Of a DNA stretch of 64,000 nt, positions 1 to 8,755 are shown one piece after another; position 1 is the first letter of the stretch, and every line of letters begins with the position of its first letter. The position numbers were made by a program, and so were the translations under genes. Under the pieces are notes generated by a model. It ran no database searches, had not been told where the DNA came from, and was given only the letters and a program-made list of their open reading frames with translations. Origin of the DNA: Clostridia bacterium (GTDB lineage: Bacteria; Bacillota; Clostridia; TANB77; RGIG9151); the NCBI GenBank assembly GCA_017934955.1, contig JAGBIO010000024.1, positions 14,550 through 78,549 of the forward strand, written 5' to 3'.

Positions 1-164
1 AAAATATGACCCCCGGCAAATAGCGTTTCAGTTCATGTTTCTCGTTTATTTCAGTCGTCTCGTCCGAATTTCTCGACCACACTTTCACCGCATGACCGTT
101 ATCAATTAAAAGTCCCGCCAAAGCAAGTCCCCAACTACCGGCACCAATTACTCCGATTTTCATA
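1..164 (-). CDS. gpsA: NAD(P)H-dependent glycerol-3-phosphate dehydrogenase, N-terminal part; the gene continues beyond the window
   Basis: The reverse complement of 1-164 translates to MKIGVIGAGSWGLALAGLLIDNGHAVKVWSRN..., the typical GpsA N-terminal Rossmann motif (GxGxxG). It sits immediately downstream of plsY, the conserved der-plsY-gpsA order. Confidence 0.75.
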
Positions 165-172
165 TGTACCTC

Positions 173-922
173 CTATTTTCCGATTTCCGCAATTCTCTTC
201 TCGTAATCTTCCTTCTTCTCGCCTAACTTTCTCTCAGTATTCTTCCAAAGACGAGCAATATTTCCGCGATGGCACCAAATCACCAAAACCGCCAAAATGC
301 CACCAAATACAAACCAGCCGTATCCGTTAATCGATTCAAAATAAGGACTGAGTCCCACCAATAAAAACGGAAAAGCAATCGCACAAAGAACCGAACCAAG
401 TGACACATATCTTGTCAATAATACCGTTACTACAAAAATAATCAAACAGCACAAACCAACTTGCCATTGCGTCATCATAATCACCGTAAAAGAAGTTAAC
501 ACACCTTTTCCGCCCTTAAACTGATAATATACCGGGAAAATATGACCCAAAACAACCGCAATTCCGGAAAGCTGAATCGCAAGCGTTGTAAGGATATCGG
601 TTACTTTTACCATTTCAAGAGTCGCTTCAAAATTCTGTGGCGTTCCCGCAATCAACTGTAACAGATACGGCGTCAAAAACTTCGCAATTAAAATGGCAAC
701 AACACCCTTTAAAATGTCGCCCAAAAGGACTAATCCTGCCGCATTCTTTCCCAACACACGAAGCGTATTCGTAAGTCCCGCATTTCCGCTTCCCTGTTCG
801 CGAATTTCAATGCCATGCAACCTTCCCACAATAATCGACGAATTAATACTTCCCAATAAATAAGCAATAACCGCTACAACACCAACCACCAAATAATTCA
901 ACAACGCCACTGCATTAACCAT
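173..922 (-). CDS. plsY: Glycerol-3-phosphate acyltransferase PlsY (acyl-phosphate:G3P acyltransferase), integral membrane
   Basis: 249-aa ORF with multiple transmembrane segments. It carries conserved PlsY motifs (GSGNAGLTN, FKGGKG-like region) and sits between der and gpsA. Confidence 0.85.
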   Translation of the reverse strand: MVNAVALLNYLVVGVVAVIAYLLGSINSSIIVGRLHGIEIREQGSGNAGLTNTLRVLGKNAAGLVLLGDILKGVVAILIAKFLTPYLLQLIAGTPQNFEATLEMVKVTDILTTLAIQLSGIAVVLGHIFPVYYQFKGGKGVLTSFTVIMMTQWQVGLCCLIIFVVTVLLTRYVSLGSVLCAIAFPFLLVGLSPYFESINGYGWFVFGGILAVLVIWCHRGNIARLWKNTERKLGEKKEDYEKRIAEIGK

Positions 923-944
923 TCCGACATCCTCCTCTTCTTTT

Positions 945-1080
945 GCCTATACGGACACAATAAATTGTGCCCCTGCGCCTGCTTTTACCTTAATCCTTCC
1001 GTACGGACACAATTTATTGTGTCCCTATATTGTTTGTGCCTCTATCCTTCTGTGCGGACAGCATTCATGCTGTCCTGCCT
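945..1080. repeat. Cluster of three REP-like GTAG-palindrome hairpins (stem families B and A)
   Basis: Two GGACACAAT-(AA/TT)-ATTGTG(T/C)CC palindromes and one GGACAGCAT-TC-ATGCTGTCC palindrome. Each is preceded by a (t)gt/atacg(g) leader. The spurious ORFs 965..1153 and 1017..1337 overlap them. Confidence 0.8.
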
Positions 1081-2400
1081 TTATTCTTCACCTTTCTCGC
1101 GCACCATCATCACAACCGGCGTTCCCTCTAAGCCGAAATTCTTCCGAATCTGATTCTCCAAATACCGCACATAAGAAAAATGCATCAATTTCTTACTATT
1201 TACAAACACCGCAAAGGTCGGCGGCTTCGTCGAAACCTGCGTCGCATAATACACTTTTAATCGTCTTCCCTTATCCGAAGGAGGTTGTACCATCGCAACC
1301 GCCTCATTTATCACATCATTCAATACGCCTGTCGTAATTCTCATCGCATTTTGATCCGCCACAAACGGAATCAATTCAAACAGCTTATCCACTCTTTGAC
1401 CGGTCAACGCCGAAATAAAAATTACCGGAGCGTAAGTCAAATATGCCAAATCTTGATAAACCTGCTCGCGATACTTCTCTAACGTCCCCGTCTCTTTTTC
1501 GTGAATGTCCCATTTGTTTACTACAATAATAATTCCTTTTCCGGCTTCATGAGCATATCCTGCCACCTTCGTGTCTTGTTCTGTCACACCTTCATTCGCA
1601 TCAACCAACAGCAGACAAACATCCGCTCTCTCAATCGCCGTAATTGTCCGCATCGCGCTATATTTTTCAATGCTCTCATCCACTTTATTCTTTTTCCGAA
1701 GTCCCGCCGTATCGATAAAGACAAATTTCTTGTCACCCTTCTCAAAGTACGTATCAATCGCATCTCTCGTCGTACCCGGCACATCGCTGACAATCACACG
1801 CTTTTCCCCTAAAATCTTATTCACCAAAGAGGATTTTCCCACATTCGGCTTCCCGATTAAAGCAACCTTAATAAAGGTATCGTCCTCCTCTTCCTCCGGA
1901 ATATCCTTAAACTTCTCATAAATCGCGTCCAACGCATCCCCGATTCCGAGCCCCTGCAAAGTAGAAATCGGGTAAGGATCTCCCATATCTAAATTATAAA
2001 ACTCATAAACTTCCGGCGGTGTATCCCCCACTTGATCAACTTTATTACAAATCAAAATCACCGGTTTATTGGTCTTTCGAAGCATCTTCGCCACTTCATA
2101 ATCCGACGCCGTCACGCCCTCTTTTCCATCCACCATAAACACAATCACATCCGCCGAATCCATCGCCAATTCCGCCTGATACTTCATCTGCTTCAAAATA
2201 TCATCATCCGCTTCCGGCTCAATTCCGCCGGTATCAATCATGGTAAACGTTCTTCCTCTCCAAGTCACGTCGGTATAAATCCGATCCCTCGTTACACCCG
2301 GAGTATCCTCCACGATCGCAATTCGCTTTCCCGAAATATAATTAAAAAACGATGATTTCCCCACATTCGGTCTCCCGATAACCGCCACAATTGGTTTCAT
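1081..2400 (-). CDS. der: Ribosome-associated GTPase Der/EngA (tandem GTPase domains plus KH-like C-terminal domain)
   Basis: 439 aa with two G-domains, each having a GxPNVGKSS P-loop and DTAG/DTGG motifs. The N-terminus is MKPIVAVIGRPNVGKSS. Confidence 0.9.
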   Translation of the reverse strand: MKPIVAVIGRPNVGKSSFFNYISGKRIAIVEDTPGVTRDRIYTDVTWRGRTFTMIDTGGIEPEADDDILKQMKYQAELAMDSADVIVFMVDGKEGVTASDYEVAKMLRKTNKPVILICNKVDQVGDTPPEVYEFYNLDMGDPYPISTLQGLGIGDALDAIYEKFKDIPEEEEDDTFIKVALIGKPNVGKSSLVNKILGEKRVIVSDVPGTTRDAIDTYFEKGDKKFVFIDTAGLRKKNKVDESIEKYSAMRTITAIERADVCLLLVDANEGVTEQDTKVAGYAHEAGKGIIIVVNKWDIHEKETGTLEKYREQVYQDLAYLTYAPVIFISALTGQRVDKLFELIPFVADQNAMRITTGVLNDVINEAVAMVQPPSDKGRRLKVYYATQVSTKPPTFAVFVNSKKLMHFSYVRYLENQIRKNFGLEGTPVVMMVREKGEE

Positions 2401-2429
2401 AAAAACAATCCTTTCTTCTCTTCATGGTT

Positions 2430-2630
2430 CGTGCCTGTTCCAAGGACAGCATTCATGCTGTCCATACATTGTCTGTGCCTTATTTTATGCTACTTCTGCA
2501 GAATTAGCTCTTTCCTTCTGTACGGACAGCATTCATGCTGTCCATATATTGTTCATGCCTTATTTTATGCTGCTCCTACGAGATTGGCTCTTTCCGTACG
2601 GACAGCTTTCATGCTGTCCTGCCTTTTCCC
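2430..2630. repeat. Cluster of three REP-like GGACAGCAT-TC-ATGCTGTCC hairpins
   Basis: Perfect 9-bp-stem palindromes at ~2441-2462, ~2527-2548 and ~2601-2622, each with a 5' (c)tgtacg(g)/aagg leader. They lie in the intergenic gap between der and glmU. Confidence 0.8.
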
Positions 2631-4003
2631 TACGGATTAACCTTCGTCTTGCCTTTTGCCCAGCCTTCTTTGATTTCCTGTCTGCATCTTCCGATGGCAA
2701 GTGCATTCTCCGGCACATCTTTTGTAATCGTCGTACCCGCCGCCGTATAAGCGCCCGTTCCTAATTTCACAGGTGCAATCAAATTCGTATTGCATCCGAT
2801 AAACGATTTATCTCCAATCGTTGTACGATTCTTATGAATTCCATCATAATTTACCGTCACCGTACCGCAACCAAAGTTCACTTCCGAACCCACGTCACTA
2901 TCTCCCACATAAGTAAGATGAGACACCTTCGTTTTATCTCCAATCGTTGAATTCTTCAATTCTACAAAATCTCCGATTCTTGCCTGCTTTCCGATATGCG
3001 TATTCGGACGAATATACGCAAACGGTCCGACATGTGTATAACTATCCACAGTCGAATCTGTCATCACAGAAGAAGTAATTTCCACATGGTCCGCCAAAGT
3101 GCTGTTCGTGATTCGATTATTTTGATTCAATACACACTCTTCCCCAATCACGGTAGTTCCCTCAAGAATATTGCCCGGATAAACAATCGAATCCCTTCCG
3201 ATGACAACATCTTCCTCAATATAAGTCGTCTCCGGGTCAATCAAAGTAACTCCGTTTCTCATATGCTTTTCATTGCATAATTTTCTAGCCATTTGATTTG
3301 CTTCCGCCAACTGAACTCGATCGTTGATTCCCATAATCTCATAATGATTTTTGAGCCGATACGTTCCGACAGAAAGCCCTGATTGAATCATAATCTCAAT
3401 CACGTCCGTTAAATAATATTCTCCCTGCACATTGTTATTAGTAATCTTTTTTAACGCATCACAAAGCGCCTTACTATCAAAACAATACATCGAAGAATTA
3501 ATTTCTTTAATCCTTCTTTGTTCCTCCGTCGCATCCTTATGTTCTACAATCCCGCAAACAGCTCCTTTTGCGTCTCTCACGATTCTTCCATATCCGTTAG
3601 GATCTTCAAACTCCGCCGTAAAAATAGTTGCATACTCTTGATTCCTTTCACACTGCAAAACGGCATTTTTAATCGTTTCTCCCGATATTAACGGTGCATC
3701 TCCCGACAAAATCACAACTCGCTTCGATTTTTCAATAAAATCCACTGCCTGCATCACCGCATGACCGGTCCCCAACTGTTCTTCCTGTACTGCATAAGAA
3801 ACCAAATCCTGCATTTCCTCTCTCACTTCATCCTGTCTGTGACCCACAACAATCACACATTCCTCTATTCCCGCCGCTTTTACCGCATTATATACTCGTC
3901 TGATAATTGATTTTCCCAAAACCTTATGTACTACCTTAGAATGTTCCGATTTCATTCTCTTCCCTTCACCGGCAGCTAATATAACAGCAATCGTATTCTC
4001 CAT
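2630..4003 (-). CDS. glmU: Bifunctional UDP-N-acetylglucosamine pyrophosphorylase / glucosamine-1-phosphate N-acetyltransferase GlmU
   Basis: The N-terminal nucleotidyltransferase motif (MENTIAVILAAGEGKRMKS) is followed by C-terminal left-handed beta-helix hexapeptide repeats. The start is placed at the second Met because a GAGGAGG RBS precedes it, so the ORF-track start at 4036 is probably too long. Confidence 0.9.
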   Translation of the reverse strand: MENTIAVILAAGEGKRMKSEHSKVVHKVLGKSIIRRVYNAVKAAGIEECVIVVGHRQDEVREEMQDLVSYAVQEEQLGTGHAVMQAVDFIEKSKRVVILSGDAPLISGETIKNAVLQCERNQEYATIFTAEFEDPNGYGRIVRDAKGAVCGIVEHKDATEEQRRIKEINSSMYCFDSKALCDALKKITNNNVQGEYYLTDVIEIMIQSGLSVGTYRLKNHYEIMGINDRVQLAEANQMARKLCNEKHMRNGVTLIDPETTYIEEDVVIGRDSIVYPGNILEGTTVIGEECVLNQNNRITNSTLADHVEITSSVMTDSTVDSYTHVGPFAYIRPNTHIGKQARIGDFVELKNSTIGDKTKVSHLTYVGDSDVGSEVNFGCGTVTVNYDGIHKNRTTIGDKSFIGCNTNLIAPVKLGTGAYTAAGTTITKDVPENALAIGRCRQEIKEGWAKGKTKVNP

Positions 4004-4127
4004 CTTAACTCCTCCTCTTGCTACAATATATTTCACAACATCACTATTTTAACACAAAACAAAAAAAATTACCACTTTCGCGGTAATTTTATTGCAATTC
4101 AGGTTCAACCCTATTTCTCAGTCTTTT

Positions 4128-4197
4128 GTAGGGACAGCATAAATGCTGTCCCTACAATCCATCTTCTGTACGGACAGCATTCATGCTGTCCTGCTTT
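4128..4197. repeat. REP-like doublet (family A)
   Basis: TGTAGGGACAGCATAAATGCTGTCCCTACA is fully symmetric, with GTAG on both sides. It is followed by cTGTACGGACAGCATTCATGCTGTCC. Confidence 0.8.
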
Positions 4198-4216
4198 CTG
4201 CCTATTTTCACTCCAC

Positions 4217-5617
4217 CTACAAAACATACTCTTCTCCCAAATCCTCTATCAAATAGCGCACCATATTATTCGTCATCGTCGCAATTTCTGCCTTCGTAAG
4301 CTGCTTCGTCGCCAAGGCATTGCCATACTCGTCTCCCTGCATCAACCCGATTTTATTCGCCATATACACATATTTCTCCGCCCACTTCGGAATAGACGCC
4401 GCATCATTAAACTGTAGTAACGGTAACGGCTCCGGCGCTTTATCTTCAAACCCTATCGCATTAATCATCATGGTAATCGCCTCAGCCCTGCTAATCACCG
4501 CATTCGGCTGAAATCTCGAATTTCCCGTTCCCGTCACAACGCCTTCCCGTGTCAAAGCCATAATATACTTATAATACGGATTTGTCTCCTGCACATCCTT
4601 ATAAACAATCGCTTCGCCTTCTGCTTTCTTCTCCAAATCCAGCTTCAACGCCAACGCCATAATCTTCGCAAACTCACCTCTGGTCACCGCTGTATTCGGC
4701 GTATCCGTAGCGTCCCATTCATCCATATACTCAAGTGCATATGCCTGCCGTAACGCCATTTCTCCCCAATGACCTTTGATTCCTTTTAGTAAATAATTAG
4801 GCAATCTTGTCCCTACCGGGAATGACTCAAATTTATAAGAACCCTCATCACTTACAATATAATCCAACACTTTTCCATTATACACTTCCGGCATCTCATA
4901 AGAATAACGCAAAGTAAACAAATTGCTTTCTGACAGCATATATCCGCCATCAAAACTAATCTCTGTCGGACGATTCGAAATATACGTCACCTTTTTCTGA
5001 TCCGTCTGTGAAGTAATCGTTTTATACTTTCCTGACCAAGCATAACCGGTATCAGGTTTGTTGGATAAAGTATACGTCATAGAAACCGTCTCATTCTTCG
5101 ACCACGCCGTATCGTATCCGTATATCGAACCGCTTCCCAATACCTTTACCGTCCCACCGTCATAAGAATACTGCTTCGAAAGATTAATATTTCCCGCAAA
5201 ATACCTTCCCACCGGTTTCACATCGTCCAATACGGTTTTAGAAAAATCATATTTCTCTAACGTATAGGTCTTGTCACCAATCACGACACTCTCACTAAAA
5301 TCCGTAAGCTCCCACACCTTCGAAACCTGCTTATTCGCCTTCTCATTTGCAGAAATTGAAAAGGTAAGATCCCTCGACACACTGTTTCCATTTTCATCCG
5401 ACAACTGATATTCATAGCTTTCCTTCGCCGTTTTTCCTTTTCCGGACTGTGAAATCGACAATGTTCCCGTTAAAGTAATCGGCTCTCCCGAAAGAAAAAT
5501 CGTTTCTTTGCAAGTCAAATCATCACTGTTATTTACCTTCTCATAAATCCCCGGCTCATATGCGTAAGCCGTTGAAAAAAGCAACCACACGCAAATCATC
5601 CCCATGAACTTCTTCAT
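4217..5617 (-). CDS. Secreted cell-envelope protein with C-terminal SLH (S-layer homology) domains
   Basis: Signal peptide MKKFMGMICVWLLFSTAYA. The C-terminal ~170 aa contain SLH-like modules (FKDV..ETNPYYKYIMALTREGVVTG..FQPNAVISRAEAITMMINAIG). It lies immediately downstream of a second SLH protein. Confidence 0.65.
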   Translation of the reverse strand: MKKFMGMICVWLLFSTAYAYEPGIYEKVNNSDDLTCKETIFLSGEPITLTGTLSISQSGKGKTAKESYEYQLSDENGNSVSRDLTFSISANEKANKQVSKVWELTDFSESVVIGDKTYTLEKYDFSKTVLDDVKPVGRYFAGNINLSKQYSYDGGTVKVLGSGSIYGYDTAWSKNETVSMTYTLSNKPDTGYAWSGKYKTITSQTDQKKVTYISNRPTEISFDGGYMLSESNLFTLRYSYEMPEVYNGKVLDYIVSDEGSYKFESFPVGTRLPNYLLKGIKGHWGEMALRQAYALEYMDEWDATDTPNTAVTRGEFAKIMALALKLDLEKKAEGEAIVYKDVQETNPYYKYIMALTREGVVTGTGNSRFQPNAVISRAEAITMMINAIGFEDKAPEPLPLLQFNDAASIPKWAEKYVYMANKIGLMQGDEYGNALATKQLTKAEIATMTNNMVRYLIEDLGEEYVL

Positions 5618-5634
5618 TCATCTTCATCCTTTCT

Positions 5635-8106
5635 TTAGTCGGTTAAAAGAATAATTGCCGCGTTAGACGTCTTATCCTTTTTCAATACCAACACTTCTTG
5701 TCCCTTTTCTATATCCTTCTGTCTTGCATATTCTCCATTCTTCACAACCACCGGAGATTCTCCTAACAACACCGTTGTCTTTCGAATTCCAAGCCAATCC
5801 TCTTCCTCAAAATCATAATACTCCGTTTCCGAAATCACAAACTCTGTCCCATTCACACTATTAATAACCCCTCGTAACAGATACGGCATTTCACCTGCAT
5901 CAATCGTAGAAAGTGTTACAATTTCATCTCCGACAGCCACAATAATTGCGTTACTGTCCTTGTAATTTGTCGCACCTTCATCCGTCAATTCCCGAATATT
6001 GATCGGACCGGATTCAGTAAAAATACGCGACGTTTTCGTCAATACGAAATTTGCCACTTTATTTCTCACGGAATACCACTCTTCTCCGTCAAACTTTCCA
6101 TTTAAACGAAGTGTTACTTCCTCCTCTTCCTCAATCGATTTAATCGTCCCGGAATACAACAACGGTTTCTCTTCTATCTTCTCTTCCTTTTTCGTTGCCA
6201 CAACCACTTTCGCTATATACTCTCCCTCTTCATAAACTGCCGTTACCGTCACTTCATCCCCGCCATCAAATTTCGGCAATTTAACAACTTTTCCGTCTAT
6301 GATAAATAAGGTATCCTCTGTCATACCATAACGTTCCGAGTCATTGTACAAACGAAGTTGTCCGGAAGAGGCAGAATAGCTTCTGTACTCACCCGAACGC
6401 GTTACTTCTTTCGAAAAACTACCAATTATCATTGATTTTACTTTCTCTAAAGTCTTCGTATCTTCTCTCGTCACAATATACGCATATTTCCCGACTTGTT
6501 TTTCACCAAGTTCCGCCATCGAAATTGCCTTACCGTCATAATGAATTTCCATCTCACTATCCAACGGAATCGAAATAAAACTTTCACTCAGCGACTTCCA
6601 CTTCGAATCTTCTAAACATGCCGTATCCCTTAAAATGATTCTCTCCTGTACTCTGTTTATATCGCTGATATAACCCTTATATATATGATATACCGTTCTG
6701 CTGTCCGGAACAATTTCGATTTTTATCAGCTCACTGGCGGATGAATAGATCTTTGCATACTCTCCCGTATGTACTTCACTTAATGCAATTTCTTCTCCGT
6801 TTTTGTAAATCGGCACCCGCGAAACAGAATACTTTTTGCTTTCGTATTGGTCGTTTTCTACTGTAATTACCCCACTTGTAAGATTGGTTATGGTGCCGTA
6901 AGTAATCACCGTATTGGTAACGCCACGAATCACAACCAAATCGCCTAACTCATCAAACTCCAAATAAACGGTATCTCCCTGTAAAATTTCCGAAGCCTTC
7001 GTCTCTTTTCCGTCTTTCCAAATACTCGTCCACTCACCATACGTATAACTTTCCGTCTCTCCCAATCGATTTTTCACGGAAATCTGATAAAAATACGGAC
7101 TGTTTCCTACCACAATTCCCTGCTTGGAAACCGTTTCAATTACACCGGAATCTCCCGTCTCGTCAATACCCTCATCAATCACTCGAATAAACAAAACGGA
7201 TTTATCTGTACCGATAAAATATTCGATTTCATCCGAAGCCCTTAAAGCCTCTTTTCCGCTAAGTTTCCCATTACGAAAAACCGGAATGTTCTTTCCCGCA
7301 AGATCAATTGCAATTTCATTTCCTTCATCATCTGTCATAGAAACAGAAGTATCGCTCACAGAATCAATAAAGCCCTGTTTTTTCACAAGTGACAAATCGT
7401 CTAACAATAGCGTTTCACAATTTTTAAAGATTTGCGCCAATTCCGCACGTTTTAATCCACTCTTCGGCTGAAACATCTTATCCTCTGTCCCAACCATAAT
7501 CTGATTGCTGGAAACCGCCTCTACGTAGTTTTTATATTTCTCATCAATCTGCGTTTTATCATAAAAATCAATTTTAGCCTCTTCCTTCGTATTCAAAGAA
7601 AAAGCACGACAGATTAATCCCGCCATCTCTTCTCTCGTAATCGGATAGTCTCGTATCAAAACGCCTTTCGCCTTCATCGCCTCTGCATTCCCCGAAATAT
7701 CCGACTTTTTCATGACAATTTTTTCAGTAATCAACCCCTGATTCATCGCATATTTAATATATTTATCCGACCAAGTATTCGCAATTCCCTTCATTTTTTG
7801 TACTTCATCGGCTTTTCCCAACGCATTTAACACAATTGTAATTGCCTGTTCATTCGTAACATAAGAATCCGGTGAAAAAACCGAAGAAGAAAATCCGTTC
7901 ATTACCGAAAGCGCCGTCATCTCATAAATCGCCGAAGCCGCCCAATAAGAACTTCCTTTCCCGCTCACATCTTGAAACTGAAGTGCATTTACTCTCGCAT
8001 CTCCCGCACTCATTCCGTAATAAGTAACATCCGCCGCAAAAGAAACCTGATTTAATAAAATTGTCATTCCTAACGCCACAAACAATTCTTTCCTCATTTT
8101 TTTCAC
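5635..8106 (-). CDS. Large secreted SLH-domain protein (N-terminal SLH triplet), probable S-layer-associated protein
   Basis: 823 aa with a signal peptide and N-terminal SLH modules (YWAASAIYEMTALSVMNGF...). The rest of the protein is beta-rich. Confidence 0.7.
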   Translation of the reverse strand: MKKMRKELFVALGMTILLNQVSFAADVTYYGMSAGDARVNALQFQDVSGKGSSYWAASAIYEMTALSVMNGFSSSVFSPDSYVTNEQAITIVLNALGKADEVQKMKGIANTWSDKYIKYAMNQGLITEKIVMKKSDISGNAEAMKAKGVLIRDYPITREEMAGLICRAFSLNTKEEAKIDFYDKTQIDEKYKNYVEAVSSNQIMVGTEDKMFQPKSGLKRAELAQIFKNCETLLLDDLSLVKKQGFIDSVSDTSVSMTDDEGNEIAIDLAGKNIPVFRNGKLSGKEALRASDEIEYFIGTDKSVLFIRVIDEGIDETGDSGVIETVSKQGIVVGNSPYFYQISVKNRLGETESYTYGEWTSIWKDGKETKASEILQGDTVYLEFDELGDLVVIRGVTNTVITYGTITNLTSGVITVENDQYESKKYSVSRVPIYKNGEEIALSEVHTGEYAKIYSSASELIKIEIVPDSRTVYHIYKGYISDINRVQERIILRDTACLEDSKWKSLSESFISIPLDSEMEIHYDGKAISMAELGEKQVGKYAYIVTREDTKTLEKVKSMIIGSFSKEVTRSGEYRSYSASSGQLRLYNDSERYGMTEDTLFIIDGKVVKLPKFDGGDEVTVTAVYEEGEYIAKVVVATKKEEKIEEKPLLYSGTIKSIEEEEEVTLRLNGKFDGEEWYSVRNKVANFVLTKTSRIFTESGPINIRELTDEGATNYKDSNAIIVAVGDEIVTLSTIDAGEMPYLLRGVINSVNGTEFVISETEYYDFEEEDWLGIRKTTVLLGESPVVVKNGEYARQKDIEKGQEVLVLKKDKTSNAAIILLTD

Positions 8107-8221
8107 CTACGTCCCTTTCTCACCCATTCTATCGTCAAAAAACATCATAGGATTAACAAAAATCCGCGTTATTTCTCCTATTTTTCAATATGTATATAGC
8201 GTAAATTTTTTCTATCATAAA

Positions 8222-8252
8222 CCATCGTAGGGGACGGCGTCCTCGACGTCCC
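8222..8252. repeat. REP-like hairpin, family C (GTAGGGGACGGCGTCCTCGACGTCCC)
   Basis: A GTAG leader plus a GC-rich palindrome (GGGACG...CGTCCC). It is followed by a T-run. Confidence 0.8.
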
Positions 8253-8295
8253 GTTTTCTCTATTTTGAATTATATCTTATTTATACTTTTGTTGT

Positions 8296-8450
8296 ATAGT
8301 TATTATTCAGACTATATCTCCTATAATACCGATACACCCATTGTAGGGACAGCATTCATGCTGTCCTGCTTTTTGCCTTTTCTGTGGACAGCATAAATGC
8401 TGTCCCTACACTATTTATGCTATTTCTATAAATTTAAGTCTGAATAGTAC
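8296..8450. mobile_element. MITE-like element: REPIN (inverted REP doublet) flanked by ~12-bp terminal inverted repeats TATTCAGACT...AGTCTGAATA
   Basis: Core TGTAGGGACAGCATTCATGCTGTCC...GGACAGCATAAATGCTGTCCCTACA with outer inverted repeats TATTCAGACTATA / TTAAGTCTGAATAGTA. The same architecture recurs at 12300-12460, 17330-17460, 17490-17630, 32935-33060 and 46130-46250. Confidence 0.7.
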
Positions 8451-8500
8451 CGTTATATAGGCAAAATCTTCAACTTTTCCTATATAAGAAAAAAAGGGCT

Positions 8501-8755
8501 TTAAGCCCTTTTTTCTTGTATTAGTTTTAACTTTTTCGCTAATTTCATATGTTTAATCGCATACTCCCGTTTCATTGCTTCTTCCTTCGTTGAAAATTCC
8601 TCAAAATAAAGCAACTTCACCGGGCCTCGTCCTTTTGTGTATTTCGCACCTTTTCCTTCATTATGAGCTTTTACCCGCGCTTCCACATCAGTAGTCCAAC
8701 CGGTATATAAACTCTTATCCTTACATTCTAAGATATACACAAAGTTTCCTTTCAT
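8501..8755 (-). CDS. GIY-YIG nuclease-domain protein (UPF0213/YazA-like, COG2827)
   Basis: 84 aa with YILECKDKSLYTGWTTDVEARVKAHNEGKGAKYTKGRGPVKLLYFEEF, the classic stand-alone GIY-YIG family signature. Confidence 0.8.
   Translation of the reverse strand: MKGNFVYILECKDKSLYTGWTTDVEARVKAHNEGKGAKYTKGRGPVKLLYFEEFSTKEEAMKREYAIKHMKLAKKLKLIQEKRA

Noticed and set aside
965-1337. ORF-track calls 965..1153 and 1017..1337 (+), and similarly 2431..2764, 17423..17845, 36011..36388, 38188..38472 and 46122..46304
   Set aside because: They translate straight through REP palindromes, giving recurring 'RTAFMLSC' and 'GQHSCCP' peptides that are just the repeat read in frame. They also overlap well-supported genes or lie in intergenic gaps, so they are artefacts of repeat DNA.
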